From the NCBI GenBank assembly GCA_002269645.1, contig NIVC01003014.1, positions 1 through 64,000 on the forward strand: 64,000 nucleotides of DNA, written 5' to 3'. A program made the position numbers and the translations under genes. Position 1 is the first letter of the stretch, and every line of letters begins with the position of its first letter. The notes under the pieces are model-generated. The model was not told the origin of the DNA. It ran no database searches and was given only the letters and a program-made list of their open reading frames with translations. This DNA is from Macrostomum lignano. Taxonomy: Eukaryota. This document shows, one piece after another, positions 26,201 through 38,535 of this stretch.

Positions 26201-27707
26201 GCTTAAACTTTTTATACAAAGTCTAGCACCAGCAGCAAGTAAAATAAAAAATGATATATAGCAAGTTGCAGAAATCCTTTGATTCTTAATAAAAATTAAT
26301 GCATATTTGACATGGCTAAAAATCTTAAGGGTTTTACTAAAAATGAAATATATTCTACAATTTCTGCATCCTGGGCAAATTTATGCAAATGCCAAATTTT
26401 TGCCATACTCTGGATCATGTACTATATGCCCAAAAATTTGGGCATGCATTGATTTTGCATATCAAAATTAGGTATACACAGTTGGCATGTACCACTCCTA
26501 AGAAAATAGTATGCCTGCACACTTGGCATGCACTTTATAGAATCAAGTGTAAAAGTTATTGTGAAGTTTGGGAACTTAAATTTATTGTGAATAAAAAATG
26601 AAAAAGTTAATTTTTAAGCATAAATTTCAAGCTTTCTAGTTTTTCAAGCTTGTAAAAACATTTTAAAAAACTTTGCATATATCAATTTTTCACTGTCAAT
26701 GGTATTGCAAAAAAGCATAAAAATCAATAAAATTATTTCTATTTGCTAATAAGGGTATTTTTGCAATTTTAAAAAAGTTATTTATTGTCACAACATAAAA
26801 AGGTCATTTATTGTTGCAATACTAGTATATTTTTTAGAATAGGCATGCTCTAATTTTTTCAATGTGCATTTGTAATTATTCAATTTTTGTTTGGGCATGT
26901 ACCCAGCATGATCTGGACTATGGAATTTCTATAGCAAGTGGCAACATTGCATAAAATTAACTAAAATTTTTATTTCAATTTTAGATGATTACTTGGCATA
27001 ACAACAGTATAATTCATAGTTTGGAAGGTGACATGTATGCTAGGATGTCTTGGCATATAAGGATACTTGCCTTATTTAATTTATATTAGCCATCAATATA
27101 TATCCTAATATATATAACATAGGCCCTAGTAAACATTGTGTCAGTGATACATTTTTTAGCCCTAGCATACAAACAAGGTCTTATACTTTTTTCTCAACTA
27201 GACCTGGTGTATACTAATATACAATCCAATTTTTGGGATAGACTAGAAATCCTAAGGCATAGGCCTAGTAAGAACCTAATAAAAATAATAAAAAAATTAT
27301 AATTCTATGACTATATAGTATAAAACTTGCATTATAAACTTTTGTTACTGCCAGGCTTAATGACATCAAAAATAAAACATTGACAATAGTAACTATCACA
27401 AAAGGTATGCATCTACTAATGTTATTTGTCAACAATAATAGGGCCTATTACTATATTATGCCTATGGCTATACCATATGCTATAGTCATTCATTTTTAAT
27501 GGGACTTCATTGGTATTACAGTATTTCAAATAAAATTGATTTTAATTTAGGATAAACAACATATAAAGGTTAAAATTAGGAAAAAAATAAACTAAAGTGT
27601 ACAAACCTTGTTAACTGTCGAGCTGCAGTGTTTGAAGCAACCATTTTTAAATCAAAAGAAACTTTAGCTGTAGCTTTTAGTGGATTTCGATGAAACCAGT
27701 GCGACAT
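20292..27707 (-). CDS. BROX: BRO1-domain and CAAX-motif protein (425 aa); exons 27707-27607, 24516-24307, 22850-22486, 21994-21827, 21452-21302, 20574-20292
   Basis: MSHWFHRNPLKAT start, ALWYTKHA, EAQEVTMARAIEL, HLFFRKLG..LEKCERENGFIY and C-terminal GCVVS; exon phases join in frame (1278 nt). Confidence 0.97.
20640..20870. repeat. Dispersed GACTC/GAGTC-rich repeat in BROX intron 5; inverted copy at 45779-46005
   Basis: Reverse complement aligns by eye (CAGTGATTCT..AGCACGCCTCAG..CTCAAATTGACTCTTAGGCGACTCT..CGTTTTAGAG). Confidence 0.75.
20947..21232. repeat. 22-bp minisatellite in BROX intron 5
   Basis: CATAATGACTTGGGATTCTGGT units. Confidence 0.9.
21513..21790. repeat. ~105-bp tandem duplication (about 2.6 copies) filling BROX intron 4
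   Basis: TCGCCTACT at 21513, 21622 and 21726 with aligned downstream sequence. Confidence 0.85.
22095..22335. repeat. 21-bp minisatellite in BROX intron 3
   Basis: GTCTACCTTGTCTACTTCTCA units. Confidence 0.85.
23040..24130. repeat. 34-bp minisatellite in BROX intron 2 (GGATTAGGGGCGATTTCTG...GGCAAA)
   Basis: Units start at 23058, 23092 and 23126. Confidence 0.95.
24990..25320 (-). pseudogene. Decayed hAT transposase C-terminal (dimerisation) fragment in BROX intron 1
   Basis: YALLAKLAASPLTVPCGNAAIERAFNLLSNLLTK...LGEDLINS resembles the hAT dimerisation motif; frameshifted. Confidence 0.6.
25357..25620. mobile_element. Mutator-like MITE (264 bp)
   Basis: 9-bp TSD CTCTCAGAA (25348-25356 and 25621-25629); ~40-bp TIRs (TTTCATAAGACCAAA.TTTCACAA); G/C termini. 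Confidence 0.8.
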
Positions 27708-30700
27708 AACTAAGCCTTTAATTTACTTTGTTCCAAAGTTTAGGTTCAATTAAAAATCAAGAATTCAATTCTTACAGTGAATACTGTTGAAGAATTTTAT
27801 TTAATTCTATAACGAGTGAATGAATGATTGAATTGTATTTACAAGTTAGCCGTCTTGGAAAACAAAAAATTAAACTTAGACTTTATAACCAGTAAAACGA
27901 ATTTTTTTAACAGTTACACTTTAATAAAAGTATTTTGGCACTAAAAATACATTTCTATTATGAAGTAAAAGAATTAGGTTTCGAAAGGCAAACAGTTACA
28001 GTTCTTTTTTACGTGTCAACAATATTTAAAACAGAGTTTTCCAAGCACCTTATAAAATCATATGACAGGACTGCATCAATGTGAGATTGTGTCAGTGATA
28101 CATGGGACATGGATTTCATTTCTTTTCCCTATGATTTAATGAATAATAATTGTTCTAAAGTGAACTAAGTTTCTGTAAATATTTTTTATATATCAATCAC
28201 TCCTGGATGGTTGCTAGCCTCAATTTTTAGTGTATAGTATAATTCTATAAAAATTAAAATATAAAAAAATTGAATTAGCTTTGCCTGGGCCCCAACAAAA
28301 TATTGTAAATATATTTAAAGGCCAGCTTTGCATTGGTTAGCTTTAGCTAATGGCAATAGTTTCTCTACTTGTTTATTTACAAGTTTTAATTATTTGTGAA
28401 GTTGTGATGATTAATGTAATGATTATGATTAGGAGTCAAGTCAAATACAAATTATAAATAATAAAATTGTTGACATTCATTAAGTTAGTATTTCTAGTCA
28501 TTATTAATTAGCAGTAAGATTAGTATTTTATTTTTTGTATTTAACTTTGTATCAAATTTAGCCTATTTTTATGTATTTTTTAGCTTTGTTACAATGTACT
28601 AATGTAGGGCCTATGTATTACTAGAGCCCCTATTCAACTTAAAGTAGCCTTAAGTAAGTTTTACTATTTTTTCTAATATTATTTACTAGGCCTAGTTCCC
28701 AGTGAGCGAACGCGCAAGGCACAAAGTGCCGAGCATGAGGAACAAACAGCCAGCCAATGCGCGAAGCGCATTGGGTGGTCTGGCTTGTGACGAATATAAT
28801 AATATGAGACGTGTGCATCGAAAAAATGACAAGAAAAATCTCACAAAAACTGCTGTAACTTCAAAACTACAAGTGCGAATTTCACAAGTGAGGTGTCATT
28901 TTAAAGAGAAGAATCTGATATATTTAACAAGTATAGTTTTGTATGGATTCACTGCGGAGAAAAGGAACAGGCTTCAGTTGAAATGTTTGTCTTAAGATTA
29001 TGTCTTTACAAAAGTGCATTTCCTCATGCACATTAAAACTCGAGCTAAAAATGTTCGAGGGTTATAGGTGCGCCTTACTAAGATGCATAACATTATTGGG
29101 TTGTTTTTTTCAATTGTATCAAAAAGTTGGCACTTTGGTTGCAAAAAATGCAAAAATTGAAAATGTACTTTTACAGTTTTTTTGCATTTTTTTCTATACT
29201 GCTAATAGTTAAGCATACATACTATGCACCAATTGATGCGCAATTCAAAGATACACAAGTGTGGAAGTTTTCAATTCTTAAACATTTGAAATCAGAAAGT
29301 TATCGACGAAAGACTAAAAATCATGATCTCAAACTGATTTGAGGAAAAGTGCTCATTATAATTTTTGGAATATGGAAGAAACAATTCAACGCCGTCATCT
29401 AATTCCAAACTAACTGTACTTTAAGGTACTGCGATGATTTTTTTATTGAAAGAGCGAAACCTGTTTAAATATTTGAAAAAATGGAAAAAAAGTACCTTTT
29501 TTCATAGAAATACACTCTTTTGACTGCTTAATCCGATTTCCAACAACAAAATAGTTGCTTTCCTGCTGGTGCAAACCGTTATTAGGGTGAATTTTCAAAA
29601 TTGCATACTGTGCCAAAAGTAAACTGAAGCTTAATATTTATAAACATTAGAAACGGGACCACTAATGGGTATTTTACTTTGGTTACTTACTATGGACTAA
29701 ACTGGCACTGGCAGAGACAGATTTGAGAGAAACTAATTGCTCCATTGTATTTGTATTTGGCTCCAGCGTTACAAATTACAATAGCTATTTCGGGGTCTAA
29801 CCGGCTAAGTTATCAAAAAAGCTAGATACCAATCACCAGTTTCATTATCAGCTATACCTACCACGATTTTATAGTCACATGCAACAGTAATACCCTCCTT
29901 TAAAAGTTTTCAATATCTAAAATGATGTGTTAAATTTTATAAAATTTCATAAACAGTGAAATTTTAGCTGTTTACGTGCTGGTGGTTTGAACGTAGCTAC
30001 TTTGTGCGAAAATACACTGTCATTAATACCGTACCTATTATTGTATTTATTGTATTGAAAGTTGATGTGTAAATTGTACTTTTCTATTTTTTTGTCATTC
30101 GTTATCGCACTCGGGCCGGCCTGCCTGCCTTGTGGGGTGTGGTGGCCTTGGCCACTTTCTCCCCCTTCTGCTAGGATCCAAAGCAAGCTTTCAAGTGTAC
30201 ATTTAATATTATCGATCGAATATTTAAAACAAGCCTCTAGTGGCTGGTGTTGAGAGTGAGTGGCCTTGAGTGTACGCGAAAGCAAGAGGAAGCCCATGGG
30301 TGGACTATATGAACCTTCCTTTAGTGGAAAGTTGGGCCTTGTGCATTGGATAGTGTACGCTACACAAGACAGAAGGTAAAGAGAAAGAGAACGACAGGCT
30401 AGCCAATAGCGATAGCATGTGCTTCTTTCTCTCCAGTCCACTATGGTAGAAGGGGGGGGGTGTCAGACGGCCCAACTCTAACCCCCATACCCAAAACAGC
30501 GTACATGTAGAATAAGAAGGGATTGGGTCCAGATAAGTCTTCCCAAATGTACATGTATGTACAAAGACAAACACAGACAAGAAAAATGGCTCTAAAAACC
30601 ATTGTTATTGTTACACTGTGTGTCTATTTTTATTAACTTGACTTTGACTTGTCTTTACTCTAACATGGTCAAGGATAATTACTGTTACTTCATACCTAAT

Positions 30701-30954
30701 TTACAATTAATTGCATAAGATTAAGAAGGAATAATACAATCGAGGTCGAACCCATGATCACTTGACCCACCCACCCATGATCACTTCTGATTCTGACCTA
30801 CATGTATCTACTATATCCTGCCAGTTTCTCCAGTTTTATGGGTCTTGGTGTCGGTGATTCGAGCAATTCCATTACATTTTATCGGTGCAGTGCGTCTATT
30901 AATGCTTAGCTACTTGTATATGTGTTGCAGAACTTATGCTCGTAGTTTCCCTTC

Positions 30955-31734
30955 TAGGGATGTTGACCCCGGGAGTGCTCCCCGGGGAGCTTGTCGGGAA
31001 ATACTCTCCGGGGAATTTAACCGGGGACCCTGGGGAGAAAAAATATGAAAAAATGCATTTGTAACTTAATTTTTGCCATTGAAATAAGAAACTGATTCAC
31101 AGAAAGCTGATTGAAACTCTGTCTATGCTCTTTTACCGCATAATTGCTTATTTCAATGCATTACATGTATTTGAAACACAACACACGTTTGATTGTTTTT
31201 TTACTAATAAGTCATTCAATCAAGCAAATTGCACGTAGAAAAGAAACCCGTCAGGAAAAAGAAGCCTTACTGACTAGTGACTGCTGTGTTGGTCTGCGTT
31301 GACGGCTTGACGCAGGCGCAGCGCTGCGTCATGCGTCAGGCACTGACGCATAGGGGGGTGTCATACATATACTCCCTATTAGACAAGGACAAAATGGTGA
31401 TTTACATATATATGCAAGAAATAAAATTCCGATTATAAAAACAGTCTCATTCATTAATTATCCTCTCACGAGCGTAGCTGTTTAGCATGCATTCCAACAA
31501 ATGCACTTTTCCGATAAAGGTGCGCGCATGATTTCGTGATGCCACATTGTCAAATACAGTTTAAAAAAACATTGTTTAAAATTTTTACCCCTGCGCCTTG
31601 AACATGTAGTACAAAGCTTAAATCAAAGTTTAAAAAATTCCACTTACAATCTAAGTGATCCGCCATTTTTACTTATTTTTTCTTTTCACCGGGGTCCCCG
31701 ATAAGATAATTCCCTGGGGAATCGACATCCCTAA
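30955..31734. mobile_element. hAT-like non-autonomous element (~780 bp)
   Basis: TAGGGATG...CATCCCTA ends; 8-bp flank TTCCCTTC on both sides (one extra A at the right end); subterminal GGGGACCC/GGGGTCCCC motifs. Confidence 0.7.
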
Positions 31735-33407
31735 TTCCCTTCCTATAAATCATTTGACGTTAGAGACATTTTACAACTCTCGCCCTACTTTATCTATTAG
31801 GCTAACTTTATGTATGACACGACGCAAAATATTAGGAGCATCAGCGTTAATAATGCCTTGAAAGTCTTTAAATAATCGATACAACACTAGGTATTATAAA
31901 ATTCCAACCCCAAAGCTCACTGGGGCGAAAAGACTTTGTCTTCATTAACTAGTTATAAATTCATAGTTTTTTAGGTAGAGCTAGGCTTCATTTTAGGTTT
32001 AGTTTAAATATTATAACTATTTTTTGTTTTTGTAGGCCTAACTTAATTTCAATATTACTATTAGTATTATCAGGGCTATCTTATGGCAATGTATATGCTT
32101 AATATAAATAGTATTGGTAGGATCAATAGTAAATAGTATATTTACTATAAATTGTATTATAATTTATTATTATATTTTAAAGTTTAATTTTAGATCTATA
32201 TACAAAATAACAATATAATATAATATAATATATAATAATATAGTCTTGACTTTAGTATTCTAGAAATCTTGGAACTAATTTAGTTTTTTTGTTGCAATAT
32301 AAAAAATAAATAATGAATTAAGTTCATTAAAATACTTTTTAATAAAAAATATAAATAGCCTAATAGTAAAACAAAAGGTTATAGATTATAAGAATAGAAT
32401 ATATATTAATAGCTTTATATTAATAGCCTTAGCTTAAATTGGCTCTAAAATGAAAATTTAGAACTTGTATATATATATAATAATAATTCTAGGCCTATAT
32501 ATAATTTTATCAACTTTTTTACTTTTTTTATTTTTGGTTTTTATTTTAAGATAGTCCAAAATTTTAAAATAGGTTTTCCAAAGATTATGAAATTCTTTCT
32601 TATTAATTTTAGGCATAAAATTGAATGTAGTTAATTTTATAGATTCAATATATATCTATATATGTTTTGCTATTATGTATTTAATACACTTTTGACTAAA
32701 AGTTATAAGCTTTGTATTGATAGAATATATTAAGTTCAATTGTGATCATGGTCATAATCACAAAAACTGTTATCACAGGGAAAAAACATAGCCTTTTGCC
32801 AATCATGATTTATGAATTTTATGAATTAAACCTTACTTTTTTAAATCATAGCACAACCAAAGCAAACCAAAATTGTAATAAATCAGTGCAGATATAACAA
32901 AGCCACATAATTTATATGGTGAAACAATAAATATGATAAATCAGAGCTTAAAAATCAATAACAATTAATAGATTTGCTACACAATTGCTAGTAATAATAC
33001 TAATTGTTCTATATTTAAATTAAAATATTATTAAAAAAGCACCATAATGCACAGTTTTGCATAGTCTAGTTCCAATCATGCACTAAAAAATAAGTCATTT
33101 GATCCATATAGTATATAGATACACCTTGTATAATTTATATAAATTTGTATATATAAAAAAACTTTAAAGCTAAACTTTTATTTTTGCAGATTATTATAAT
33201 ATTACTTTAAGTAGCAAGTAACAAAAACATTACACTAATTGTTTACATTTCCTTGAAATACTCTTTGACAAAATGACTCATCAGATAAAATGTCTATATA
33301 ATTTTTTAAGCAGACAAAGTGATCTAGACAAAAGGTTTTGTATCCTATATGTGCTTCATTTTCTCATTCTATGCTCTTTACTAATTTGTTAAGAAATCCA
33401 ATTTCAG

Positions 33408-36400
33408 CTTGCCCAGTCTACAAAGAGAGGAGCAGTGGCACTGTCAAGCAGTGTTGCTGACAATGATACCAATAGTCAGTCTTTGTCTTCAGCTGCTACA
33501 TTTGTTGAACTTCGCAATGCCTGTCGAGAGGTCATTGTCAAACCAGATAGTCTACAAAATCTTCAGCGTCTTCATCAATTAGTTGAAAAATTAACACCAG
33601 AGCAATGTCGCACCTACATAGATCTGGTATTGTTACCATTGATTCGCTGCCTCAGACAGGCTTCAGATAGATTGACTTCAACTGAACTAGCAGAGTTGCT
33701 AGCAACTCTTGCCATCTTGTTTAGCCGCCAATTACCCTTGTCCGCTGAGCATCAACAGAAATGTCCTCCAGTTCCTCAGCTTCTGCTCATACTTAGTGAA
33801 CTATCCAGCCTAATTCAACGCCAACAGATTGCCCTAACAACAGATGAGCATCTTCGTCGACCAGTCCTTTCTGCAATATCCAGTACAGTTGAACTTTGTC
33901 CACTATCAAAAATTCCTACGCTAATGTCGAGCCAACAATTGCCATTGTTTGCGCATTTAGTCACATTTGCATTTGATGCAGGTATTGCTGTAGATCCTGG
34001 TGATGCCGACGATCGTTGTGCTGGCGCTGCCTGTTTGAACAGTCTTCTTCGGCTACGATTGTGCGACATTGGCGAGCGTGAAGATAATGATAGTGATGAC
34101 TTCTGTGACACGGAAGCTACAGATGCTAGTATTGTAACGTCAGGCAAGAAAGCCGTCTCAGAATTTCTGCGACCACTACTGCCTGGATTGGTTAGTCGTC
34201 TAGGCGGCGTTCTGTCTGGCAGTATCCGTTTAAACACCCAATCTCGTTGCGCTATTATCCGGGTATTACGCCGAGTTCTTATTCTTGGCATGGCGTCTAA
34301 CGATAGTATTGTAGTTGCCACGGCTAAACGCGTAGACTCCTGGCTTGAAGGCGCTATTCGACCCGACAGTGAAGCTAATTGGCGCGTCCGACTCGAAATT
34401 TGTCGGCTATGTGGTCGACTTCTTTGTCACCTGTTGCCGTCGCTCTCATCGACTGAGGCTGCCGATATTATGCGACCAAGACTGCTCAACAGACTGCTCA
34501 GGCTGTGCGCCGATCAGCAGCCTCGGGTCAGCTCGGTTGCGATGAGTTTTCTCAATAGCGAATGCAATGAGGAGGCGGGCTGCAAGATTGATCAGGTGGC
34601 TTTGAGTATGTGCGATAGTCTCGAACAGCTTTCTTCCAGTTGTCATGGCAACAGAGACGAACTACTAGCCTGTCTTAATGGTCTGGCTGGCTGTTGCAAT
34701 GTGCGTCCAAGTAGCGGCCGTCTCTGTCTTCGATCTAGTCGTCACCGGGAGCAGTTGATTCGTGGTCTCGCATATTGCCTTGCGCCCGATTCTTCTCGTC
34801 TATCTCTAGTTGAAGATGCCGACGCTTTAGACGATGATGACGCCGAAATGGACGACGGTCTTGATGCGGATGTGACTGAGACTATACGCTTGCTGTTGAC
34901 GCGTCTCTCCGGTGAGCCGTCCGATGTTGACTCTGGCGATCTGCTTGTCGACGCCACCCTGGATTGTTTAGCATCGATTTCTCAGAATTCGACTACATCC
35001 AACTCTGAGCGACGTCTTCGTTTGGGCTATCTCGCCCTTCTAGCCTCCATTGCTAGTCGGTGCACTGGAATCGAAGCTACAAAACAGCGTCTTCTAGATT
35101 CCGCGCTGTCTATCTTGAACACTGCCGAATCCAGCGATTTTCCAGCGACAATGTCTCTAGCTGTTGTCTCCTTGTCTGCCGGTCAACTAGGCACAGCAAA
35201 CGCTCGCGATCGACGCGATTCCGCAGCTTCGCGTCGACTTGCTCTTCGTCTTGTCGGTCGACTAGGTCGGCACTTTTCCGACGATCAGACACTTCCAATG
35301 CACTGTCTCTATGCTTGTCTAGCCGCCTGTTCTCACCCGCTTACCACAGTTCGATCAGCCGCACTGCGTTGTCTTACTTTATTGGCTCAATCGACTCAAA
35401 ATAATAGCATTGGCGATTTAATCGGTGCCAATGCTGACTATGTGTTTAATCAGTGTTTAGTAAAACTGCTGGGTCCTCCGACGCCGGAGCCATTTGCTGT
35501 GCTGCACAGCGCTCTGGCGCACTGCAACGCGGACGTGTTGCCGGCTCTTGAGCCTCTAGTTGTTCGCCTATGCGATCGCGTTGATCGGCACTACGAAAGG
35601 CTGCATCGAATGTTAGTACCACTGTTGGCTTTCCTGCTGCGATCGTTGTGTCGGTTGTTTGGCATCGATACGGAAAGGCATCTGCTAGACAATGCATTGA
35701 CTATGCCTTGTAAATCGGCCGAAGACTGTCAGCCGCGGGAAACGGCAGCAGCTGTCGCTGTCCGAGAGTTGCTCGCTGGATGGCGACGTCGACACGGCGA
35801 CTCTGAGTCTTCCTCCAACGACATCAACAATAGTAATAGCAATGATGATGACGATCCTCGACAGCCAAAACCGCCACCGCCATTGCACGCTCGCCTTTGT
35901 CAACAAGTGATTGATCGACTAATTCATCTCACGCATTTCGATGACGATGCTAACGTTCGTCGTTGCGCTCTAACCGGACTTACTTACGCCGCCTACGCAA
36001 TGGCCTACAACGATGGACCAGCACAGGAACGATTATTGCCAACAGTGCACAGCTTGTGGCCTGTGACAGTTAGCCGACTAACAGATATTGATAGTTCGGT
36101 ATCTTTAGAAGCGGTTAACACTGTGCTAGCTGTTGCCACCCTATCTGGCGAGTTTGTACGCTCCAGAGTGGCCGACGATGTGATTGGACCGCTGTGCCGG
36201 CGTTTACTGCCTGCGGCGTTGGCCAGGGCTCCCACTTGGATGCCCGCAGTTTGTCGACGTAGTCAAGAATTTCGTCGACTATGTAGTGTACTACGCAGTC
36301 TGGGACCGCTTGCTGTCAGGTGATTAGTCTTATTCGTCTTTTTAAGTTGTCGTTTTTAATCTCTTACTTCTCCTTTCCACAGCCCTTCAATGGCTTCTCT

Positions 36401-37571
36401 CCCATACCCTAGACCTCCGGTAGCTTCTCTCCCATACCCTAGACCTTCAGTAGCTTCTCTCCCATACCCTAGACCTCCGGTAGCTTCTCTCCCATACCCT
36501 AGACCTTCAGTAGCTTCTCTCCCATACACTAGACCTTCAGTAGCTTCTCTCCCATACCCTAGACCTTCAGTAGGTTCTCTCCCATACCCTAGACCTTCAG
36601 TAGCTTCTCTCCCATACCCTAGACCTTCAGTAGCTTCTCTCCCATACCCTAGACCTTCAGTAGCTTCTCTCCCATACCCTAGACCTTCAGTAGCTTCTCT
36701 CCCATACCCTAGACCTCCGGTAGCTTCTCTCCCATACCCTAGACCTTCAGTAGCTTCTCTCCCATACCCTAGACCTTCAGTAGCTTCTCTCCCATACCCT
36801 AGACCTTCAGTAGCTTCTCTCCCATACCCTAGACCTTCAGTAGCTTCTCTCCCATACCCTAGACCTTCAGTAGCTTCTCTCCCATACCCTAGACCTTCAG
36901 CAGTAGCGCAACCAGAATTTTTTCAAGGGGGATTCTGAGGGTAAAGTCCCGGGAGGGGGGGGCGGCGGAGGGGTGGCTCTGTTTTTGGCGAAAATTCGCT
37001 TGGTCCCCCCTTTGGTTTTTTTTCGGTCCCCCGCCCCCCCCCTGGTTGCGCCACTGACCTTCAGTAGCTTCTCTCCCATACCCTAGACCTTCAGTAGCTT
37101 CTCTCCCATACCCTAGACCTTCGGGAGTGCGTACTCCAATACCCAGCCTTAAAACATTTATGCTTCTAAAAAGCCAGTCTCTCAGACCCCAGGATTTATA
37201 CTAGAGTTCTAATTATGATTATAAATTGAACTTTTAGATCTCGTTTGCAGCTAAGCAGCTTAGACCTGTTGCTATCGAACGGATTGGCGCCTTTTTTATC
37301 AAATAAACTTCCTGCCGAATTGAGACTATCAGCTGTGGAGTCTGTACGCTGCATCTATTCAGTTGAACCGTCGCTGGTGTGGTATCGACTGTACAAATTG
37401 TGTCCGAGAATTGCTCACCTATCGCCGAGTAGTATGGTTGCTGCTTATGATTTTACTGTGCCAGCTAATCTGATTGAGCTCAGATCAAGTTTGTTAAAGT
37501 CGGCAGATCATACTCGCTACTCTAATGGACACGAGTTTTGGGATTCTGCTGTGGCTATTTTTGAGTTTTAG
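33408..37571 (+). CDS. TTI1: TELO2-interacting protein 1 (TTT complex, HEAT repeats); exons 33408-36319 and 37238-37571, upstream start exon unresolved
   Basis: TFVELRNAC..LVLLPL at the N-terminus; LIGANADYVFN; LLPTVHSLWP..SGEFVRSRV..LGPL; last exon ends ..EPSLVWYRLYKLCP..; phase-2 AG|gt...ag|A join. Confidence 0.88.
36390..37122. repeat. 30-bp minisatellite in the TTI1 intron (GTAGCTTCTCTCCCATACCCTAGACCTTCA)
   Basis: Direct reading. Confidence 0.95.
36901..37056. mobile_element. 156-bp hAT-type MITE inserted in the minisatellite
   Basis: TIR CAGTAGCGCAACCAG / CTGGTTGCGCCACTG (1 mismatch); perfect 8-bp TSD ACCTTCAG. Confidence 0.9.
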
Positions 37572-37644
37572 ACTTAAGACTGAATTTAGACTCATTCTTT
37601 ATCATTGTTGCTAGGGGGGGGTGTCTCGAAATTCGATTTAACCT

Positions 37645-38325
37645 ATAGGACTGATGCCATTTATCCTTTAGGACTGATGCCATTTATCCTTTAGGGCTGA
37701 TGCCATTTATCCTTTAGGACTGATGGCCTGATGCCATTTATCCTATTGGACTGATGCCATTTATCCTTTAGGACTGATGGCCTGAATCCTGATGCCATTT
37801 ATCCTATTGGACTGATGCCATTTATCCTTTAGGACTGATGCCATTTATCCTATAGGACTGATGCCATTTATCCTATAGGACTGATGCCATTTATCCTATA
37901 GCACTCATGCCATTTATCCTATAGGACTGATGCCATTTATCCTATAGCACTCATGCCATTTATCCTATAGGACTGATGCCATTTATCCTATAGGACTGAT
38001 GCCATTTATCCTATAGGACTGATGCCATTTATCCTATAGGACTGATGCCATTTATCCTATAGGACTGATGCCATTTATCCTATAGGACTGATGCCATTTA
38101 TCCTATAGGACTGATGCCATTTATCCTATAGGACTGATGCCATTTATCCTATAGGACTGATGCCATTTATCCTATAGCACTCATGCCATTTATCCTATAG
38201 GACTGATGCCATTTATCCTATAGCACTCATGCCATTTATCCTATAGGACTGATGCCATTTATCCTATAGGACTGATGCCATTTATCATTTAGGACTGATG
38301 CCACTTGTCCTCCTATAGCACTCAT
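37645..38325. repeat. 23-bp minisatellite between TTI1 and the USP gene
   Basis: GGACTGATGCCATTTATCCTATA units. Confidence 0.95.
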
Positions 38326-38535
38326 GCCATATGTTTAAGTCTTTCCTTGATTCAGTAATGCCAATACCTTCCTCTGCTTGTACAACGCATGTATTTTGTT
38401 AATAAACCTATTGAAAATAACTCCTGCCTTTTGACTTTATGATTTTCTTAACAATAAACTTCTGCACTACTTTCAGTAGTTTAAACCGACGGATTTTAAA
38501 TCAGGTTAATTAAATAAAAAACCGATCCCAAAAAT

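Noticed and set aside
26375-26960. Old inverted-repeat element in BROX intron 1
   Set aside because: Arms are similar by eye but too diverged to define termini or a TSD.
28639-29424. Possible Kolobok-like element (TTAAAGTA...TACTTTAA)
   Set aside because: Only an 8-bp inverted match in AT-rich DNA; ends cannot be supported.
33815-36235. Overlapping or antisense ORFs within TTI1, USP, the lectins and gag-pol
   Set aside because: Shadow frames of GC-rich coding exons.
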